Of a stretch of DNA of 64,000 nt, positions 26,861-35,227 are shown piece after piece. The position numbers and the translations under genes are program-made. The stretch lies in NCBI GenBank assembly GCA_017463865.1, contig JAFTOI010000029.1, positions 25,994 through 89,993 on the forward strand, given 5' to 3'. Position 1 is the stretch's first letter. Every line of letters begins with the position of its first letter. The DNA comes from Clostridia bacterium (lineage in GTDB: Bacteria > Bacillota > Clostridia > Oscillospirales > CAG-272). The notes under the pieces were generated by a model, which had not been told where the DNA came from, made no database searches, and saw only the letters and a program-made list of their open reading frames with translations.

Positions 26861-27538
26861 TCACCCAATCGCCCGCACGATGGCCTCGCCCATGAACCTC
26901 TGCCCCTCCTCATTGGGGTGGATGCCGTCGAAGCAGAAGAGGCGTTCGCTGTTCCACAGCGCCAAAAACTCACCGCGCAGGTCGAGCAGGCGGCAGCCGC
27001 AGTCGCGCGCGATGCGCGCGATCAGCGCGGAATAGCGCTCGTGGTAGCGATAGATATGATCCTTGTCGCCCAGCCAGCGGAGGATATTGCTGGCGTCGAG
27101 GCCGCCGCGCGAGATGAAGTCGAAGTAGCGCCCGGCCACGATGGGAGGCAGCGTGACCAGCATTGGCTCGATGCCGGCGTCGGCCACAGTGGCGATCATG
27201 CCGCGCAGTTTTGTCTCAAAAAGGGGCGCGGGGGTCTTGGGATCGTGCACCGCGTCGGGCGCTTCGCTGACGGCGCGCCAGTCGAAGTCGCAGTCATTGC
27301 CGCCATATTCGATGATCGCCATATCGCCGGTGAGTCCGCGTGCAAGGTCGGCGCTCATCATGCGCTCGCCCTCGGACACCGTCGCGCCCATCCGCGAACG
27401 ATTGACGATCTCGAGCCCCAACCGTTCGCCCGCGATCGCCGCTGCCGTGGTCGGCGACAGCACGTAACGTCCCCGCGCCTCGTCGTAAACCACACCTTTC
27501 GCCACCGAGTCCCCCCATACGATCACCTTCTTTGCCAT
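26861..27538 (-). CDS. SGNH/GDSL hydrolase family protein
   Basis: ORF 26861..27556 trimmed to ATG 27538; block I VIVWGDSVAKG and block V-like FDGIHPNEEG. Confidence 0.8.
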   Translation of the reverse strand: MAKKVIVWGDSVAKGVVYDEARGRYVLSPTTAAAIAGERLGLEIVNRSRMGATVSEGERMMSADLARGLTGDMAIIEYGGNDCDFDWRAVSEAPDAVHDPKTPAPLFETKLRGMIATVADAGIEPMLVTLPPIVAGRYFDFISRGGLDASNILRWLGDKDHIYRYHERYSALIARIARDCGCRLLDLRGEFLALWNSERLFCFDGIHPNEEGQRFMGEAIVRAIG

Positions 27539-27580
27539 TTTTCGTCGTCTCCTCACTCAATCAATCTGGTTTTCGATACT

Positions 27581-27609
27581 ATTTTATCACGTTTAATAAG
27601 TATTGTCAA
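27581..27609 (-). promoter_or_regulatory. putative promoter of the SGNH hydrolase gene
   Basis: Minus strand TTGACA (27604-27609), 17 nt, TAAAAT (27581-27586). Confidence 0.5.
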
Positions 27610-27661
27610 TGGTCGTGGAGAAAAATAAACACAGTTTTCAGAAAATTCACACATCGACAAA

Positions 27662-27694
27662 AAATAAAAGCAGCCTTGCGGCTGCTTTTATTAT
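27662..27694 (-). terminator. intrinsic terminator after rplL
   Basis: GCAGCC-TTGC-GGCTGC hairpin embedded in A/T runs on both sides. Confidence 0.75.
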
Positions 27695-27742
27695 TGACCC
27701 GAAAGACAGACTTTAATCGGCAATTCGAAGATGGGAAGTCAA

Positions 27743-28120
27743 TTACTTCAGCTCGACAGAAGCGCCAGCCTCTTCCAGCTTCTTCTTGATCTCCTCTGCC
27801 TCGTCCTTGGAAGCGCCTTCCTTGACAGGCTTCGGAGCGCCCTCGACGAGTTCCTTTGCGTCCTTCAGGCCGAGACCGGTGATCTCGCGGACAACCTTGA
27901 TAACGTCGAGCTTCTTTGCGCCAAAGCTTGCGAGGATGACGTCGAACTCGGTCTTCTCCTCAGCAGCAGCAGCGGGAGCAGCGCCGCCAACAGCGACAGC
28001 AGCAACGGGAGCAGCGGAAACGCCGAACTCCTCCTCGAGAGCCTTTACGAGGTCGGAGAGCTCAAGAATGGTAAGGGTTTTGATCTGATCAAGGATCGCA
28101 GTGGTCTTTTCAGTAGCCAT
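27743..28120 (-). CDS. rplL: 50S ribosomal protein L7/L12
   Basis: [37 protein letters not shown]...[12 protein letters not shown]. Confidence 0.97.
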   Translation of the reverse strand: MATEKTTAILDQIKTLTILELSDLVKALEEEFGVSAAPVAAVAVGGAAPAAAAEEKTEFDVILASFGAKKLDVIKVVREITGLGLKDAKELVEGAPKPVKEGASKDEAEEIKKKLEEAGASVELK

Positions 28121-28190
28121 GATAATATCCTCCTGTGTAAATTCAAATTTTGGTCAGGCAGATGCCTGTAATGTGGGTGCAGGGCGGGAT

Positions 28191-28718
28191 TTACGCCTCT
28201 GCGGGAGCCTCGGCAGCGTCGCCGCCGTTCTCCTTGTCGATCTTGGCCTGGAGCACATAAGCCAGACCGTAGAGCGAAGACTGAAGGCTTCCGAGCATCT
28301 TTGCAATGAGAACTTCCTTGGACGGGATCTCAGCGAGCTCAATGACGGTCTTCTGGTCGACGACGGCGCCGTCGAGGAAGCCGGCCAGGATCTGGAAGGA
28401 CTCAACCTTCTCCGCGTACTCCTTGAGTACCTTTGCGGGAGCGATCGGATCCTCTGCGCTGATGGCGATAGCGGTCATACCGGACAGGTACTGCTTCATC
28501 TCGCCGAAGCCAACCTCGTCGCAGGCGCGGCCGGTCATGGTGTTCTTAACGACCATGTAGTCAACGCCGGCTGCACGGAGAGCAGCACGCATTTTGGTAT
28601 CATCCTCGACCGTAATGCCCTGGTAGTTGACGAGTACACCGGAAGCGGCGTTCTTCATCTTGTCAGCCAGTTCGGCAACGGCCTTCTGCTTTTGTTCGAG
28701 AATAACTTTGCTGGGCAT
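28191..28718 (-). CDS. rplJ: 50S ribosomal protein L10
   Basis: ORF 28191..28790 trimmed to ATG 28718; MPSKVILEQKQKAVAELADKMKNAASGVLVNYQGITVEDDTKMR. Confidence 0.95.
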   Translation of the reverse strand: MPSKVILEQKQKAVAELADKMKNAASGVLVNYQGITVEDDTKMRAALRAAGVDYMVVKNTMTGRACDEVGFGEMKQYLSGMTAIAISAEDPIAPAKVLKEYAEKVESFQILAGFLDGAVVDQKTVIELAEIPSKEVLIAKMLGSLQSSLYGLAYVLQAKIDKENGGDAAEAPAEA

Positions 28719-28871
28719 GAATTTCACCTCCCATGTGAAAATAAAAAATCTTTCTTCCGTGGACAAGCCACCGCCGAAGAAAGACGTCAAGACAGAATAT
28801 TGGTCATGAATCGTCGCCCCTCGGCAGGAAAGCTTGCGCTTTTACCGGAACCTGCTGTCTTAGGATTAACA
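28719..28871 (-). promoter_or_regulatory. rplJ 5' leader (probable L10 autoregulatory leader)
   Basis: Untranslated leader of about 150 nt between the promoter and the rplJ start. Position matches the L10-leader arrangement known in Firmicutes; structure not verified here. Confidence 0.45.
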
Positions 28872-28877
28872 GTTTAA

Positions 28878-28906
28878 ATTATAGCACATTCGAGACTGGT
28901 TGTCAA
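28878..28906 (-). promoter_or_regulatory. sigma-70 promoter of rplJ-rplL
   Basis: Minus strand TTGACA (28901-28906), 17 nt ending in TGC, TATAAT (28878-28883). Confidence 0.65.
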
Positions 28907-28930
28907 GAGTTTTTTGAAAGTTTTTCAAAC

Positions 28931-29014
28931 TTTTTTCGTGCTCCCGCACGAGGCGGGGAAAGGACCATCTCAAACGCCGAAGTTCCTTTCCCCGCCGCCT
29001 CTATCTCCTTGGCT
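28931..29014. repeat. REPIN/MITE-like repeat, truncated left-arm copy (copy C)
   Basis: TTTTTTCGTGCTCCCGCACGA terminus, then hairpin GGCGGGGAAAGGA-[CCATCTCAAACGCCGAAGT]-TCCTTTCCCCGCC, then CTATCTCCTTGGCT, where homology stops at the thiT stop codon. Confidence 0.8.
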
Positions 29015-29675
29015 AAGCCTCCACGCGGCAGACGGTGATCTGCGGCAGCTGGGCGACGACTGCGGCGATGAGGGTGGTGACAATGATCTCGGGGATCATG
29101 TACATGCCGTTGTAAACGATCGAGTAGACGACCGACAGCGACGCGCCCGAAAAGGTGCCAAGGATGGCCTCGCCGAAGGCGCCCTGCTCGGAGAAGAACC
29201 ACTCGGCCCAAGTGCCGAAGAAGATGGCGCCCGAGACGATATGCGCCAGATAGCGCAGCGACAGGGCGACGACACAGCCGAGGCAGAGGGCAGGGGTTTT
29301 GCTCAGTTTTTTACGGAAAATGCCGCCGAGGCCGAGGACGGTGTAGGCGATGATGTAGTCGATGAGGATGACGAGCAGGGCATAACCGAGCGCCATGTAG
29401 CTGTCGCTGGACGGCAGGAAGAAGCTGGCGACGGTCGAGTGGCCCATCAGCATCTGCAGGACGGCGTAGACGAAGCCGGCGAACAGCCCCCACCGCGTAC
29501 CGAACATATAGGCGACGATGACGATGGGCAGCATGCTGGCCACGGTAAATCCGCCGCCAAAGGCCTGGTTAAGGAAGGGGATGAACTGGCAGAGCAGCGC
29601 CAGCACGCAGGCAACGGCCAGCATCATGGCGGTCAGGATCAGCCGCTGTGTTTTGGTTTTCTTCAAAGAAAACAC
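29013..29675 (-). CDS. thiT: energy-coupling factor thiamine transporter S component ThiT
   Basis: 220-aa, 6-TM protein resembling ThiT; directly preceded by a TPP riboswitch. Confidence 0.75.
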   Translation of the reverse strand: MFSLKKTKTQRLILTAMMLAVACVLALLCQFIPFLNQAFGGGFTVASMLPIVIVAYMFGTRWGLFAGFVYAVLQMLMGHSTVASFFLPSSDSYMALGYALLVILIDYIIAYTVLGLGGIFRKKLSKTPALCLGCVVALSLRYLAHIVSGAIFFGTWAEWFFSEQGAFGEAILGTFSGASLSVVYSIVYNGMYMIPEIIVTTLIAAVVAQLPQITVCRVEA

Positions 29676-29683
29676 CTCCGAAT

Positions 29684-29711
29684 GAAAAATCGCACGGGAA
29701 ATACCCGTGCG
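29684..29711 (-). terminator. TPP riboswitch expression-platform terminator
   Basis: Minus strand CGCACGGGTATTTCCCGTGCG followed by ATTTTTC. Confidence 0.75.
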
Positions 29712-29739
29712 GTTCGTATCGAAGGCAACATGCTTCCGT

Positions 29740-29830
29740 CAAAACTCCCTACGCCGGTATTATCCGAATCAGGTTAAAGGGTTCGGGCGGCGCCCGTCTC
29801 AGCCGATTGCTCAGCACCCCTGTTTGTTCT
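29740..29830 (-). promoter_or_regulatory. TPP (THI-box) riboswitch
   Basis: Minus strand AGGGGTGCTGAGCAATCGGCTGAGACGGG...ACCCTTTAACCTGATTCGGATAATACCGGCGTAGGGAG matches the THI element consensus (CTGAGA, ACCTGAT, GGATAATGCCAGCGTAGGGA-like). Confidence 0.9.
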
Positions 29831-29851
29831 TCACTTCTCGTGCGTGGCTTT

Positions 29852-29880
29852 AGTATAGCACGCACGCCGGCGTTTGTCAA
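29852..29880 (-). promoter_or_regulatory. sigma-70 promoter of the riboswitch-thiT unit
   Basis: Minus strand TTGACA (29875-29880), 17 nt ending in TGC, TATACT (29852-29857). Confidence 0.65.
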
Positions 29881-29910
29881 GGCAAAATCTGCGGTTGTGC
29901 AAAAAATGCG

Positions 29911-29939
29911 TTTACATCCTTGCGGTTTTATGGTATGAT
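29911..29939 (+). promoter_or_regulatory. putative promoter of the PHP/exonuclease operon
   Basis: TTTACA (29911-29916), 17 nt, TATGAT (29934-29939). Confidence 0.5.
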
Positions 29940-29971
29940 AAAGGTATCAATTCCAACCTTTCGGAGGCCAT

Positions 29972-30655
29972 ATGTTCAAGACCGAAACTCACCTGCACAC
30001 ATCCGAGGTCAGCGGCTGCGGCAAGCTGACGGCGGCGGAGATGGTCGCGCGTTATCACGCTGCCGGCTATCGGACGATTTTTGTCACCGATCATTTTCAG
30101 CAGAAGACCATCAACAAATGGATCGAGGCCCGGGGCGAGATGACCTGGGCGGAGATCATCGCGCACTTCAAGACCGGCTGGGCGGCAGCAAAAGCGGCGG
30201 GCGAACCGCTGGGGATGACCGTTCTCCTCTCGGCTGAGCTGCGGCTGAACGAATCGCGTAACCACTATCTGCTCTACGGCGAGCTGGATGATGCCTTTTT
30301 CCTCGATCGCCCCGATATGCTCGAGCTGTCCATCGCCGACTTCCACGCCTACGCAGCCTCGCGCGGCGTGATCGTCGTGCAGGCGCACCCGCTGCGCGAC
30401 GGCAAGAATCTGCCCACGCCGAAGCATGTCGACGGGATGGAGATTTACAATCCCAACCCGCGTCACGTCAACTTTGACGATGCCGTCGAGGCCATTGCGC
30501 GTTTCCACGGTCTGCCGATGACCGGTGGTTCGGATGCGCACCGTCCCGAGGATGTCGCCGGCTCGGGGGTGCTGACGGCTGAACCGATCTTGACGCCAGC
30601 CGACTATGTCGGCGCCCTCCTCAGCGGCGGGCTCGAGATTATCCGCGCCGAATGA
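29972..30655 (+). CDS. PHP domain-containing phosphoesterase
   Basis: 227 aa; MFKTETHLHTSEVSGCG...FVTDHF...VQAHP...GGSDAH His/Asp motifs of the PHP fold. Confidence 0.8.
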   Translation: MFKTETHLHTSEVSGCGKLTAAEMVARYHAAGYRTIFVTDHFQQKTINKWIEARGEMTWAEIIAHFKTGWAAAKAAGEPLGMTVLLSAELRLNESRNHYLLYGELDDAFFLDRPDMLELSIADFHAYAASRGVIVVQAHPLRDGKNLPTPKHVDGMEIYNPNPRHVNFDDAVEAIARFHGLPMTGGSDAHRPEDVAGSGVLTAEPILTPADYVGALLSGGLEIIRAE

Positions 30656-31506
30656 ACACGACCGCAATGACGCCGCGCTTTCTCTTCATCGACGGCAGCA
30701 ACCTGCTCTTCCAGATGTTCTACGGCATGCCGGCGCGCATCACCGGCCCCGGCGGACGGCCGATTCAGGGCACGCTTGGCTTTGTGGGGGCACTGTTGAA
30801 GATCATCCGTCTGTGTGCACCGACGCATGTCGCCGCCATCTTCGACGGCGAGCATGAGAACCCGCGTGCGGCGCTCGATCCCGACTACAAGGCTAACCGC
30901 CCCGATTACAGCGGCGTCCCCGCCGACGAGCTGCCCTTTTCTCAGCTGCCCGACATCTGCGCCGCACTCGACTGCCTCGGCATCCCGCATGCTGAAACGA
31001 CCGACTGCGAGACCGACGACGTGCTTGCCGCCTACGCACGCGCTTGCCCCGGCGAGGTCGTCCTCGCCTCCTTCGACAGCGATTACTTCCAGCTCATCAC
31101 AGACCGCGTCTCGGTGCTGCGTTACCGGGGCGAGAAGACGGTCATCTGCACGCCCGCCACCATCCGTGACAAGTTCGGCATCGAGCCGGGGCAGTACGCC
31201 GATTTCAAGGCGCTGGTGGGCGACAATTCCGACAACATCCGGGGAGCGGAGAAGGTTGGTCCCAAGACGGCCGCCGCGCTGCTCGGGCAGTTCGGCACGC
31301 TCGAGGGCATTCTCGACCGCGCCGGCGAGATCGCACGCCCTGCGATCCGGGCGAGCATCCTCCGGGATGCTGACCGGCTGCGGCGGAATCTCGCCCTCAT
31401 CCGCCTTGACATCACTGCAGCGCTGCCCTTCCCGCCCGACGCCCTCGTCTACACCGACCAGGGGCTGACCACCACCGACGTTCTGAGGAGGATCGGCCTG
31501 AAATGA
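30652..31506 (+). CDS. 5'-3' exonuclease (FEN/Pol I N-terminal domain family)
   Basis: FLFIDGSNLLFQ, DPDYKANR, SFDSDYFQL and H3TH GDNSDNIRGAEKVGPKTAAALL motifs; ATGA overlap with the PHP gene. Confidence 0.85.
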   Translation: MNTTAMTPRFLFIDGSNLLFQMFYGMPARITGPGGRPIQGTLGFVGALLKIIRLCAPTHVAAIFDGEHENPRAALDPDYKANRPDYSGVPADELPFSQLPDICAALDCLGIPHAETTDCETDDVLAAYARACPGEVVLASFDSDYFQLITDRVSVLRYRGEKTVICTPATIRDKFGIEPGQYADFKALVGDNSDNIRGAEKVGPKTAAALLGQFGTLEGILDRAGEIARPAIRASILRDADRLRRNLALIRLDITAALPFPPDALVYTDQGLTTTDVLRRIGLK

Positions 31507-32564
31507 CCACCATCGACCGCGCCGTTGACTTCATTCTGACCCACGGCGCGCCCAATCTGCGCTATCGCATCCGCCGGGAGGTGCTGGGCACCCCTGCCGA
31601 CGCCCCCGAGATGCGCGCACTGCAGGAGGTGATCCTGCGTCTGCCCCGGGTAAAGAAGGCCTTCGCCTGCCAGCGGGAGGACGGCTTTTTCGGCCGTGTC
31701 CTGCACGGCGTTCCCTTCGATGCCTTTGACTCGACAGTTGATCTGCTCAAACGACATGGCGTCGAATTGACCGACCCGCACCTGACCGCCGCCGGCGAGG
31801 CGCTCATCCGCTGGCCGGAGGCCGACTATCCGCGCGATCACTTTTACAAAGCCGGAAATGCTATGGACGAGCACGGGCGCGGCGGTTTCCGCGCAATCAT
31901 CGCCGACCAACTGGTCGAGCTGGGAGCCGACGAGGCCACACCGCAGGTGCGGGACGAGATTAACCGCGCCCTCGCCGCTTTCGCCGGTTCACTTGCCCAC
32001 ACGAGCATCGACGATTTCTCCCGCCCCGCCGCCTTCCGCGGGCAGCCCTGCCGGTACTACATCAAGGGTGCTCCCTTCCCGGCGGCGAATCACGTCAGCC
32101 TGCTCGCGAAGACGCTGCCGTGGCGGACAGCGGCAAATCTCGCCATGGTGCGCCGCGCGTACGCACACTGCCGCGCGCTGATGCGGGGCTATGCCGGCGG
32201 TGTGATCTACGTCAACTGCGGCCACTTCGTCGGCCCCTTCAACTATCCGTGGAACGCCGAGCCGCAACCCCTCACCCTGCGCGGCTTCGATGCGCACCCG
32301 ATCGACTTCGCGTGGTTCATGAAAGGGCTTTCATCGGCCTCGACGACCTATCCAACCTTCGGCGAGGACGATCCATACCTTGCCGAAGCACTGCGCGAAT
32401 GGCTGGCTGACAACAGCTTTGCTGACCGGCTCACCGACGAGCAGCTGCGCATGTTCAAGCAGTACGCCGCCCTCGAGCCGGCCTGGCGCAGGCGGGAGAG
32501 CCTGCTCTGCGACCTGTATTTTCCGCTGGTGATTGGACTGACGCGGGGAGGGGTATACAAATGA
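31503..32564 (+). CDS. hypothetical protein, paralog pair member 1 (possible alpha/alpha-toroid fold)
   Basis: 353 aa; ATGA overlap with the exonuclease gene; aligns end to end with the next ORF; QREDGFFG resembles a prenyltransferase/cyclase QW-type motif. Confidence 0.7.
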   Translation: MTTIDRAVDFILTHGAPNLRYRIRREVLGTPADAPEMRALQEVILRLPRVKKAFACQREDGFFGRVLHGVPFDAFDSTVDLLKRHGVELTDPHLTAAGEALIRWPEADYPRDHFYKAGNAMDEHGRGGFRAIIADQLVELGADEATPQVRDEINRALAAFAGSLAHTSIDDFSRPAAFRGQPCRYYIKGAPFPAANHVSLLAKTLPWRTAANLAMVRRAYAHCRALMRGYAGGVIYVNCGHFVGPFNYPWNAEPQPLTLRGFDAHPIDFAWFMKGLSSASTTYPTFGEDDPYLAEALREWLADNSFADRLTDEQLRMFKQYAALEPAWRRRESLLCDLYFPLVIGLTRGGVYK

Positions 32565-33613
32565 AGAAAAAAATGATCGACTTTCTGCTCGCTCAGGCCT
32601 CGGCGTCGATCCGCTTGCGGGTGCGGCGGGACATCCTGCGCGATCTCACGCCCGCTGAGGAGACCGCACTGCAGACCGAGATCCTCGGCGAAAAAATCCC
32701 CCGCCACATCGCCGATCACCGCCAGCCGAACGGCTGGATCGGCCTCGGCTTCCACGGCTCGAGCAAGCGCGCCGGGCAGTACGACAATCAAGAGACGGCG
32801 GTCAAATACATGGGCGAGAAGGGCCTGCGCGGCACGCCCCTGCTCAACGGCGCCATCGACGCCTTCATGTCCACGCCGCTGACCGATCCCATCTACGAGA
32901 CCGGCGGTCGTCTCTACAGCGAGTTCGAGATCCCCGCCTTTGGGCAGGGCATCATCCGCGCGGCCTGCGTCGCGCGGGCGGGCTACGCCGGCGAGGCCGA
33001 TATCGCACCGCAGGTGCAGGTCGCACTCGAGTCTTTCCGCCGCGTCACCGAGGTCGACTCGATCCTCGACGTCAGCCGCCCAGGCAAAGCCTGCCGCCTC
33101 TTCAACGCCGGCGAGCGCTGGCCCTGCCGCTATCATCTCGAAATTTTCGCCTTCACCAACAGCTGGCGCACGCCCGGCAATATCGCCATGCTGGCCGACG
33201 CCTTCACCTGCCTCATGCGCGCCGACCGGCCCGAGATCGCACAAACGCCCGTCGCCTGCTGGGTCGGCCACGCCGTCGGCCCGCTGTGGTACATGAACGA
33301 AGGCTGGTCGGTCTCGACGGGTGCGACCAACCTGCCTGCCCCCGACGGCGTGCGGCGGGTCAATTTTGAGAAGGTGGAGTGGCTCTGTCGCTGCGGGCTG
33401 TATCCGTATCTGCCTGTGCTGCGGGAGGAGGTCGAGTTCATCACTGCACATATCCGCGACGGGGTGTGCAGTGTGCCATTTTATGAGAACGAGTTCCGCG
33501 GTTGGGGGCCGTATGCCGGTCTGCAGCTTGAACCCGACTGGCGCAGGTCGGTGCGGCGGGATTGTGACGTGACGTTCCGGACGCTGACGATCCTGCAAAA
33601 CGTCGGGGAATGA
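32561..33613 (+). CDS. hypothetical protein, paralog pair member 2
   Basis: 350 aa; ATGA overlap with the previous ORF; shared motifs (IRLRVRRDIL versus LRYRIRREVL, WRTPGNIAML versus WRTAANLAMV, LEPDWRR versus LEPAWRR). Confidence 0.7.
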   Translation: MKKKMIDFLLAQASASIRLRVRRDILRDLTPAEETALQTEILGEKIPRHIADHRQPNGWIGLGFHGSSKRAGQYDNQETAVKYMGEKGLRGTPLLNGAIDAFMSTPLTDPIYETGGRLYSEFEIPAFGQGIIRAACVARAGYAGEADIAPQVQVALESFRRVTEVDSILDVSRPGKACRLFNAGERWPCRYHLEIFAFTNSWRTPGNIAMLADAFTCLMRADRPEIAQTPVACWVGHAVGPLWYMNEGWSVSTGATNLPAPDGVRRVNFEKVEWLCRCGLYPYLPVLREEVEFITAHIRDGVCSVPFYENEFRGWGPYAGLQLEPDWRRSVRRDCDVTFRTLTILQNVGE

Positions 33614-33641
33614 AAAAAGCACGCCAATGGCGTGCTTTTCG
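33613..33641. terminator. bidirectional intrinsic terminator
   Basis: AAAAAAGCACGCC-AA-TGGCGTGCTTTTC. Confidence 0.8.
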
Positions 33642-33642
33642 C

Positions 33643-34107
33643 TTAGTCGGTCTCTTCGGGATCGCCCGGATTCTCGTTGCCGAGGTAGGTGCGGTATGGC
33701 TTTCCGGCGGCGTAGTTCATGATCTGCCGGCGCAGGCGGGACGGGTACAGCGGCTGGCGGTTCAGCGTCGCGATGTCGAGCCATTCCAGCCCGATCTGGT
33801 TGGTGTCGGCATGGCGATCAGCATCGGGAAGCTCGCCGAGGTAATCGCAGGCAAAAACGAGGTCGACGCGGTGGGTGCGCTCGCCCCGCAAGCCCTCGAT
33901 GACGAACAGCAGTTCCCCGCAGGCGACGCGGAGGCCGGTTTCCTCCGCGACCTCACGGCAGACGGCATCGGGCAGCAGCTCATCCCCGTCCTGTCCACCG
34001 CCGGGCATGATGTAGAACTCGCAGTCTTCGTCGCGCAGACGGAGGGCAAGCATCTTTCCGTCGCGGATGACAAGGGCTTTGGCGGAGTTTCGGATCGGTT
34101 TGGGCAT
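33643..34107 (-). CDS. NUDIX hydrolase
   Basis: 154 aa; Nudix box GGGQDGDELLPDAVCREVAEETGL. Confidence 0.85.
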   Translation of the reverse strand: MPKPIRNSAKALVIRDGKMLALRLRDEDCEFYIMPGGGQDGDELLPDAVCREVAEETGLRVACGELLFVIEGLRGERTHRVDLVFACDYLGELPDADRHADTNQIGLEWLDIATLNRQPLYPSRLRRQIMNYAAGKPYRTYLGNENPGDPEETD

Positions 34108-34129
34108 GAGATCACCTCACACAAAGAGG

Positions 34130-34157
34130 TAAAAAGCGCACACCTACGGTGTGCGCT
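34130..34157 (-). terminator. intrinsic terminator of the tRNA operon
   Basis: Minus strand AGCGCACACC-GTA-GGTGTGCGCT followed by TTTTT. Confidence 0.8.
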
Positions 34158-34164
34158 TTTTGTG

Positions 34165-34240
34165 TGGAGCGGATTACGGGGCTCGAACCCGCCACCTCGA
34201 CCTTGGCAAGGTCGCGCTCTACCAAATGAGCTAAATCCGC
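34165..34240 (-). tRNA. tRNA-Gly (GCC)
   Basis: Reverse complement GCGGATTTAGCTCATTTGGTAGAGCGCGACCTTGCCAAGGTCGAGG...GGGTTCGAGCCCC...CCA; anticodon loop TTGCCAA. Confidence 0.9.
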
Positions 34241-34244
34241 AAAG

Positions 34245-34321
34245 TGGCGACCCGAAGGGGACTCGAACCCCTGACCTCTAGCGTGACAGGCTAGCGTTCT
34301 AACCAACTGAACTACCGGGCC
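34245..34321 (-). tRNA. tRNA-Asp (GTC)
   Basis: Reverse complement GGCCCGGTAGTTCAGTTGGTTAGAACGCTAGCCTGTCACGCTAG...GGTTCGAGTCC...GCCA. Confidence 0.9.
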
Positions 34322-34326
34322 AAATA

Positions 34327-34402
34327 TGGAGCGGATTACGGGGCTCGAACCCGCCACCTCGACCTTGGCAAGGTCGCGCTCTACCAAATGAGCTAAATCC
34401 GC
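34327..34402 (-). tRNA. tRNA-Gly (GCC), identical copy 2
   Basis: Same sequence as 34165..34240. Confidence 0.9.
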
Positions 34403-34433
34403 ATAGGGTTGGGAGAGGATTTATCCTCTCCCA

Positions 34434-34508
<75 letters not shown>

Positions 34509-34598
34509 ATGGGGAAGACGAGGACCCAGCAAGCAAATGTTTACTGCGTCCTCGTCGTTGCCGCCCGCTTTGCCATCGACGGGCATGCTTGGAAATTA

Positions 34599-34674
34599 TG
34601 GAGCGGATTACGGGGCTCGAACCCGCCACCTCGACCTTGGCAAGGTCGCGCTCTACCAAATGAGCTAAATCCGC
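34599..34674 (-). tRNA. tRNA-Gly (GCC), identical copy 3
   Basis: Same sequence as 34165..34240. Confidence 0.9.
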
Positions 34675-34676
34675 AG

Positions 34677-34752
34677 TGGTGCCTCCGGTCGGAATCGAAC
34701 CAACGACACGGGGATTTTCAGTCCCCTGCTCTACCAACTGAGCTACAGAGGC
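34677..34752 (-). tRNA. tRNA-Phe (GAA)
   Basis: Reverse complement GCCTCTGTAGCTCAGTTGGTAGAGCAGGGGACTGAAAATCCCCGTGTCGTTGGTTCGATTCCGACCGGAGGCACCA. Confidence 0.9.
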
Positions 34753-34756
34753 AAAA

Positions 34757-34833
34757 TGGCGACCCGAAGGGGACTCGAACCCCTGACCTCTAGCGTGACA
34801 GGCTAGCGTTCTAACCAACTGAACTACCGGGCC
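34757..34833 (-). tRNA. tRNA-Asp (GTC), identical copy 2
   Basis: Same sequence as 34245..34321. Confidence 0.9.
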
Positions 34834-34836
34834 GAA

Positions 34837-34912
34837 TGGTGGGAACAACAGGGCTCGAACCTGTGACCCTCTGCTTGTAAGGCAGATGCTCTCCCAGCTG
34901 AGCTATGCTCCC
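34837..34912 (-). tRNA. tRNA-Val (TAC)
   Basis: Reverse complement GGGAGCATAGCTCAGCTGGGAGAGCATCTGCCTTACAAGCAGAGGGTCACAGGTTCGAGCCCTGTTGTTCCCACCA. Confidence 0.9.
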
Positions 34913-34950
34913 ATCGGCTGTCGCGAGCGATGCACCTCACAACGTCCTAT

Positions 34951-34979
34951 ATTCTACCACATCTCTTCGCGTTTGTCAA
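34951..34979 (-). promoter_or_regulatory. tRNA operon promoter P1
   Basis: Minus strand TTGACA (34974-34979), 17 nt, TAGAAT (34951-34956); A/T-rich UP-like tract upstream. Confidence 0.6.
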
Positions 34980-35056
34980 GTACTTTTTGCAAATTTCTCA
35001 AGATTTTTTCCTGATCAATCTGCGCCGCACTGCTCCGCGAACGGGAGAACAGCAAT

Positions 35057-35085
35057 ATTATATCAGATCACGCCGCGTTTGTCAA
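35057..35085 (-). promoter_or_regulatory. tRNA operon promoter P2 (tandem upstream)
   Basis: Minus strand TTGACA (35080-35085), 17 nt, TATAAT (35057-35062). Confidence 0.55.
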
Positions 35086-35198
35086 GGGGTTTTGCAATCT
35101 TTTTTCACAGATGCCGTGTGAAATTCGACACATGTCCTGCCTGTCCCGATTGGGCATTATGCCCAAAAACGAAACTCTACATTTGTAAAATAAATCAC

Positions 35199-35227
35199 TT
35201 GACAATTGTAGAGCAATCTGCTATACT
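35199..35227 (+). promoter_or_regulatory. promoter of the blaI/blaR1-like operon with an overlapping TACA/TGTA operator
   Basis: TTGACA (35199-35204), 17 nt ending in TGC, TATACT (35222-35227); inverted repeat CTCTACATTTGT (35176-35187) / ACAATTGTAGAG (35202-35213). Confidence 0.65.
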
